Assembly (NCBI GenBank): GCA_965277405.1
Contig: OZ255726.1
Location: forward strand, 480,001 to 544,000
Source of the DNA: Gammaproteobacteria bacterium
GTDB lineage: Bacteria; Pseudomonadota; Gammaproteobacteria; G965277405
Reading direction: 5' to 3'
Length of the DNA: 64,000 nucleotides
Shown: in pieces, positions 59,341 through 64,000 of the stretch
How positions within the stretch are numbered: the stretch's first letter is position 1
How the letters are laid out: every line of letters starts with the position of its first letter
Translations under genes and position numbers: made by a program
The notes under the pieces: generated by a model
The model's database searches: none
The model's input: only the letters and a program-made list of their open reading frames with translations
Told to the model about the DNA's origin: nothing

Positions 59341-60804
59341 ATGCGCATTTACCTAGCACCTGTATTTGTGACAATCCTTTGGATTACTTCTTCTTCAATA
59401 ACAACAACTTACGCTGCTAGCGATATTGAGCAGCGTAAGCTGCAGATGCAGCAGAGCATAAATAAGCAAAAAAAAATCTTTGCAGCTTACAAGCGCAATA
59501 GTAAAAACGAGTTTGAAGCCTATCGTGCCCAGCAACAGGAAACTTTAAAAAAAGCAATTAAAGAAAACTGGCGCCAATTTCAAATTTACAAAGCAGACTT
59601 CAGCTTGCTTGGCAACAAGCCGCAAAACCAACCAGCCTACGGCAACCAGGTTAAACATCAACTAGCAGCCAAATCACCAAATCTCAAAACATCAATTGTA
59701 AAACCTAGGGATGGTCATCTTTCACAGCAAAAAACAGCAAACACGCAGCCACTTAATCTGTATGGAATGACGTTATCTATGCCTGTGGTCACGCAGCCAG
59801 TCATGTCAGCAGGAGCAGACAAACAGGCAATTACTGACTATCTACAAGCAAACCCAGATTACGAAAAAAAGTTAGTTGTGTTTGCCCGTGATACTGCAGA
59901 GCGACTCCACCTTGACGATTGGGGTACATACTTGCTGATGCGTGAGATAGCACGGCAGCTCTACCCAGATAGCTGGCAAACCAGACGCCTTGCCCAATGG
60001 AAATGGATGAATCAGCTTGGCTACGATCTGCGCATAGCCGAAACAAGCAACGAATTACGTTTACTACTACCAGTCACCCAGACAATATATGGTCACTCAT
60101 ACATATTTATAGAAGGCAATAAATACTATCTTGATACCCCAGCTGGTAGCGACTTGCACACCTATCCACAACAATTTGATAAACTTGCAGCCATAGAGAA
60201 TATCAACCCAACACAAGTGCGGTGGTCTGATGACAAGCAGAATATTCATGTTCGCCAGCTTGATTATTCCAACGATGGCGAACACTACCAAATTACGCTT
60301 AAGTTCGATATACGTACACTGCGGATGATGCAGGATTATCCGCAAATGATTTTTTCTCGATATTTTAAAACACCTCTTTCGCCAAAACTTGAACAATCAC
60401 TCAAAGATCAGCTCATGCCTGTGCTTGCAGGCAAGAGCAAATATCAGCAGGCAAGTCTGCTGCTTAAGTTGGTACAGAAATCTCTCGCCTACCAGACTGA
60501 TCAACAACAGTTTGGCAAGGAAAACTACCTATTTGCCGAAGAATCTATAGGGTTTCCATATGCCGACTGTGAAGACAGAGCTATTCTGTATGCTTGGCTG
60601 GTGCATGAGCTGCTCGACCTTCCCTATCTGGTACTGCTATACCCTAACCACCTGACTACGGCCATAGCTCTGAACGGAACAGGTGACACAATTCATTATG
60701 GCAATACCATCTATCTGATAGCTGACCCAACATACATAGGGGCACCAATCGGTAAAGCCATGCATCCGCAGATAGAGCCAAAGATTATTTATGCTTCACA
60801 ATAG
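59341..60804 (+). CDS. Exported protein with C-terminal transglutaminase-like (Cys-His-Asp) domain
   Basis: Signal peptide; coiled coil; YADCEDRA, YPNHL, IADPTY. Confidence 0.75.
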   Translation: MRIYLAPVFVTILWITSSSITTTYAASDIEQRKLQMQQSINKQKKIFAAYKRNSKNEFEAYRAQQQETLKKAIKENWRQFQIYKADFSLLGNKPQNQPAYGNQVKHQLAAKSPNLKTSIVKPRDGHLSQQKTANTQPLNLYGMTLSMPVVTQPVMSAGADKQAITDYLQANPDYEKKLVVFARDTAERLHLDDWGTYLLMREIARQLYPDSWQTRRLAQWKWMNQLGYDLRIAETSNELRLLLPVTQTIYGHSYIFIEGNKYYLDTPAGSDLHTYPQQFDKLAAIENINPTQVRWSDDKQNIHVRQLDYSNDGEHYQITLKFDIRTLRMMQDYPQMIFSRYFKTPLSPKLEQSLKDQLMPVLAGKSKYQQASLLLKLVQKSLAYQTDQQQFGKENYLFAEESIGFPYADCEDRAILYAWLVHELLDLPYLVLLYPNHLTTAIALNGTGDTIHYGNTIYLIADPTYIGAPIGKAMHPQIEPKIIYASQ

Positions 60805-60835
60805 GGCGTTGTTTTGGTGTTATACATGCGCTGTT

Positions 60836-60957
60836 GCGGTACTTGCTGTGTTGCAACCTTTGGTGTATATGCTCCGGCATGCACCTGCGGAATGCGCCTT
60901 GCAATCATCAGCAATTGCAGGTAAACTCGCTCCATCAGCGACTTAATCAGAGCTTCC
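60836..60957 (-). mobile_element. MITE left-half fragment
   Basis: Ends TTAATCAGAGCTTCC followed by TTAG; reverse complement of the MITE left arm. Confidence 0.85.
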
Positions 60958-61524
60958 TTAGGCAAAACCTCATTATTAAGTTTGGCGTACTTTTGCTGGA
61001 TTGCTCTATCTCTCTCTTCCCACAAATTAGCTTTAGCTATTAAATGAGAGGCATCTATACAAGTAAATACCTCATTCATGTACCCATGTTGTTGCAATTG
61101 AGCGCTAACATCTGCAAATATCTTAGATAATTGGTGCGTACCTATACGCGCTCTAGCTCTTGTAAATACTGTATGATCTGGCGTAGGCGCGATTAACGCT
61201 ACATTACAAAACCATTTAGACAAAACCATTTAGCGGCGGTGTTTTTTGTTAAGTATCTTTCTAGCTCTCTATCACTTAAATCTTCTAAGTGTTGCAGCAG
61301 TAGTGCTTTAAATAACAGCTCTATACCATATCCTTTATAGTTGCTAGAGCCTTGTGCTGTTTTTAAATATTTACTAACTAAGCGGCGAATATCTATTAAT
61401 TGAGCGAAATTGCGGTATATATGATCAGCGGCTACTAGATCTGCTAGAGTAATCATTTTGTTTATACATGATATTTAAAATATAAGGTTATAGTTGAGTT
61501 GAATAATTTTACACTAGGCTATAA
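60958..61524 (-). mobile_element. Truncated DUF772-type IS pseudogene, copy 2
   Basis: Near-identical to 50179-50748; frameshifted; bounded by a MITE and IS1595. Confidence 0.8.
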
Positions 61525-62530
61525 GGCTATGTTCTGAGAGTTTGTTGAAATGGCGTATACAGCATATCCCTCATGAAACTGGCAGGTGATATATCTCCCC
61601 GTTTATTAAGCTCAAACCAACGCAACCATCCACAATATTTATGAAGATTTTTAGTTGCAACACCATGAAAAGGAGCTAACCATTGCTTGAGCCTCATGTG
61701 GTAGGCGTTCACCGTTTGCATATGAACAACTTTGTCTTTAACCCGCTCACCAAGGCTTTGATTTAACACGACATGATTGATATTTTTCTGTTTGGCTAGA
61801 TGCTCATAATTGATATGACCGTCGCTACAGAGAACCAGATCGTCGGCGAGTTTAGGTACAAAGGCTGGCTGTAATTGATCCAGCGTAAAGTTCTCTACAA
61901 CCTGATCGACAATGTTGCCACTGCGATCGATCCAATCACGGCTTTCACTGTAGATGCATTGCTATTACCGCGTTTTCGCGGCTTGCCCGTGGTTAAATAG
62001 CGACTGCCTTTTTCAGAATATTTAAAACAAGTTTCATCCATTGCGACAATGCCTGCAAGCTGCTTGCTCATAAGTAAATCAGCCAATTTAAGAAATTTAT
62101 GCCTCCATGTGAATGCCGTGGTGAGGTTGATGACGCATTCCTTGGCAGCAATGCGCAGCGATTTTGAATCAACCATCGTTTGTCCAGTATTGTTCCCACA
62201 GTTCAGGCTTATGCAGAGCCTTCAATTCTGAACCCGTTATGCATTATAGGTTTTTAAGCATGACCGACAACGATACCGCTGACGTCCTGGCGAAGTGCCC
62301 CACTTCTAGGTACTTTTAGCTACTTTCATGTTGGCAATGAGGTCCATCCATGTACCGCTTGTGCAAGTAATTTCAGTACTTGAGGTTGCGATTGCGGATT
62401 GAGTAAATGCTTTTCTAAGTCAGCCTTTTGCTTTGGAGAAAGCCCATTAACTGATTGTTTTAGCAGATTAAATGCAGAGGTCTGCATTATTTAGAGCATT
62501 GTGGATGTGATTGATACTTGTAGCATATCT
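61525..62530 (-). mobile_element. IS1595-family element with frameshifted transposase
   Basis: End GGCTATGTTCTGAGAG; fragments TAFTWRHKFL, MDETCF, SDGH, HMQTVNAYHMRLK..FHGVATK; far boundary approximate. Confidence 0.8.
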
Positions 62531-62546
62531 TATTTCAACAATTTGT

Positions 62547-62909
62547 TCAACCAATAGATAAAATTACGATTACTATCATCATTTTATATAGAAAATCAAC
62601 CATCATACCAACAAATAAATCAACCAAAGTAGGACTATCAGGAATCTTATTGCTTTCAGGAATCTTATTGCTTTCAGGAATCTTATTGCTTTTACGAATC
62701 TTATTGCTTTTACGAATCTTATTGCTTTCATCCTGCTCTTTCCATCCTTTTTTTTCCACAGTTTCAATTTGAATCTGATTATCAGCCAACACAATAATTT
62801 CATGATTGGTTTGTGTTTCTTCAACCAGTATTGGCTGCGCAGTTGATGCAACTGAATTGCCAGCGGCAAACATCATCAACATAGCTATTACTGCAAATAT
62901 TCGTTTCAT
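62547..62909 (-). CDS. Hypothetical exported/membrane-anchored protein with hexapeptide repeats
   Basis: Signal peptide MKRIFAVIAMLMM; 5 x SNKI(RK/PE/PD); hydrophobic C-terminus. Confidence 0.55.
   Translation of the reverse strand: MKRIFAVIAMLMMFAAGNSVASTAQPILVEETQTNHEIIVLADNQIQIETVEKKGWKEQDESNKIRKSNKIRKSNKIPESNKIPESNKIPDSPTLVDLFVGMMVDFLYKMMIVIVILSIG
62642..62731. repeat. 18-bp tandem repeat x5 (VNTR)
   Basis: GAATCTTATTGCTTT(CAG/TAC/CAT) units. Confidence 0.92.
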
Positions 62910-62989
62910 ATCATTAATCCAGTGATTTAAAAATAATTGTTTCCATCCTAGATGCCCCAACAAATGTAGAGACATCCTTATTTACTCTT

Positions 62990-63286
62990 TTATTTTGCCA
63001 TCCTATGTTTTTTACTAAAACTATACTGATTTAGACCTCGTATTGCTGAAATTAACTTTTCTTTCCCTTCTTCCGTAAAACTTACGCGACCTGTAAGATA
63101 CTCACCATCAATTTTAGTTTTTTGAACAATTACTCCATACGGACAATATTTGCGCTGATTTAAACCAAAAGCATATGTCTTTTGCTCATAATGTTCTTTT
63201 TTTGATCCTGCTGGGTCGATCATACAACCGTCTATGTAAAATTTATTACAATTCGTAATACAAAAATTAGATATTTTCCTTAACAT
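62990..63286 (-). CDS. Hypothetical protein, possibly 5'-truncated by IS1595
   Basis: AT-rich 98-aa ORF abutting the IS end; no motif recognised. Confidence 0.35.
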   Translation of the reverse strand: MLRKISNFCITNCNKFYIDGCMIDPAGSKKEHYEQKTYAFGLNQRKYCPYGVIVQKTKIDGEYLTGRVSFTEEGKEKLISAIRGLNQYSFSKKHRMAK

Positions 63287-63328
63287 ATCATTTTCCGATG
63301 ATTCTTTTGCTTTAGAAAGTTGCTTTAA

Positions 63329-63889
63329 GGCTATGTTCTGAGAGTTTGTTGAAATGGCGTATACAGCATATCCCTCATGAAGCTGGCAGGTGATATATCT
63401 CCCCGTTTATTAAGTTCAAACCAACGCAACTATCCACAATATTTCCACAATATTTATGAAGATTTTTAATTGCAACACCATGAAAAGGGGCTAGCCATTG
63501 CTTGAGCCTCATGTGGTAGGCGTTCACCGTTTGCATATGAAAAACTTTGTCTTTGACCCGCTCACCAAGGCTTTGATTTAACACGACATGATTGATATTT
63601 TTCTGCTTGGCTAGATGCTCATAATTGATATGACCGTCGGTACAGAGAACCAGATCGTCGGCGAGTTTAGGTACAAAGGTTGCCTGTAATTGATCCAGCG
63701 TCAAGTGCTCTACAACCTGATCGACAATGTTGCCACTTCGATCGATGCCAATAACAGCTTTCACTGTAGATGCTTTGCTATTACCGCGTTTTCGCGGCTT
63801 GCCAGTGGATAAATAGCGACTGCCTTTTTCAGAATATTTAAACCAAGTTTCATCTATTTCGACAATGCCTTCAAGCTGCTTGCTCATAG
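63329..63889 (-). mobile_element. Second IS1595-family copy, interrupted by a MITE
   Basis: Near-identical to 61525-62070; EIDETWF, TDGH. Confidence 0.85.
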
Positions 63890-64000
63890 GGAACCTCTGA
63901 TTAACTCGCTGATGGAGCGAGTTTGCCTGCAATTGCTGATGATTGCAAGGCGCATTCCGCAGGTGCATGCCGTAGCATATACGCCAAGGGATGCAACACA
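63890..64000 (+). mobile_element. MITE left part, runs off the window
   Basis: ATAG followed by GGAACCTCTGATTAACTCGCTGATGG. Confidence 0.9.

Noticed and set aside
1173-60396. Numerous antisense or alternate-frame ORFs inside well-supported genes
   Set aside because: Shadow ORFs without motifs, fully overlapping confident CDSs
62642-62731. Short repeat array as possible CRISPR
   Set aside because: Contiguous 18-bp units with no spacers; coding VNTR

Overview
Gammaproteobacterial-type chromosome segment. Housekeeping blocks are tilS, a FabY-like synthase, prs-rplY-pth-ychF, rplU-rpmA-obgE-ribB and cysM. They are interleaved with accessory modules: (i) a GlpVSTPQU-like sugar/glycerol ABC operon; (ii) a urea/amide-type ABC transporter plus amidase lying between two inverted MITEs; (iii) an apparently intact bacterial microcompartment locus of the aminoacetone/aminopropanol (RMM-like) type, coupled to a PotABCD-type ABC importer with a Tat-signal binding protein and a divergent AraC regulator; (iv) a five-gene exported-protein cluster centred on a WD40-repeat + caspase-family (C14) lipoprotein and a transglutaminase-like protein. 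About 16 sites belong to one IS5-related family with terminal repeat GGAA(G/T/C)CTCTGATTAA: ~290-bp MITEs, a 52-bp mini element, fragments and two frameshifted transposase copies. Decayed DUF772-type and IS1595-family IS are also present, a pattern suggesting a host-associated lineage undergoing IS expansion. No rRNA, tRNA or CRISPR array was recognised. All assignments come from motif reading by eye; no database searches were run.
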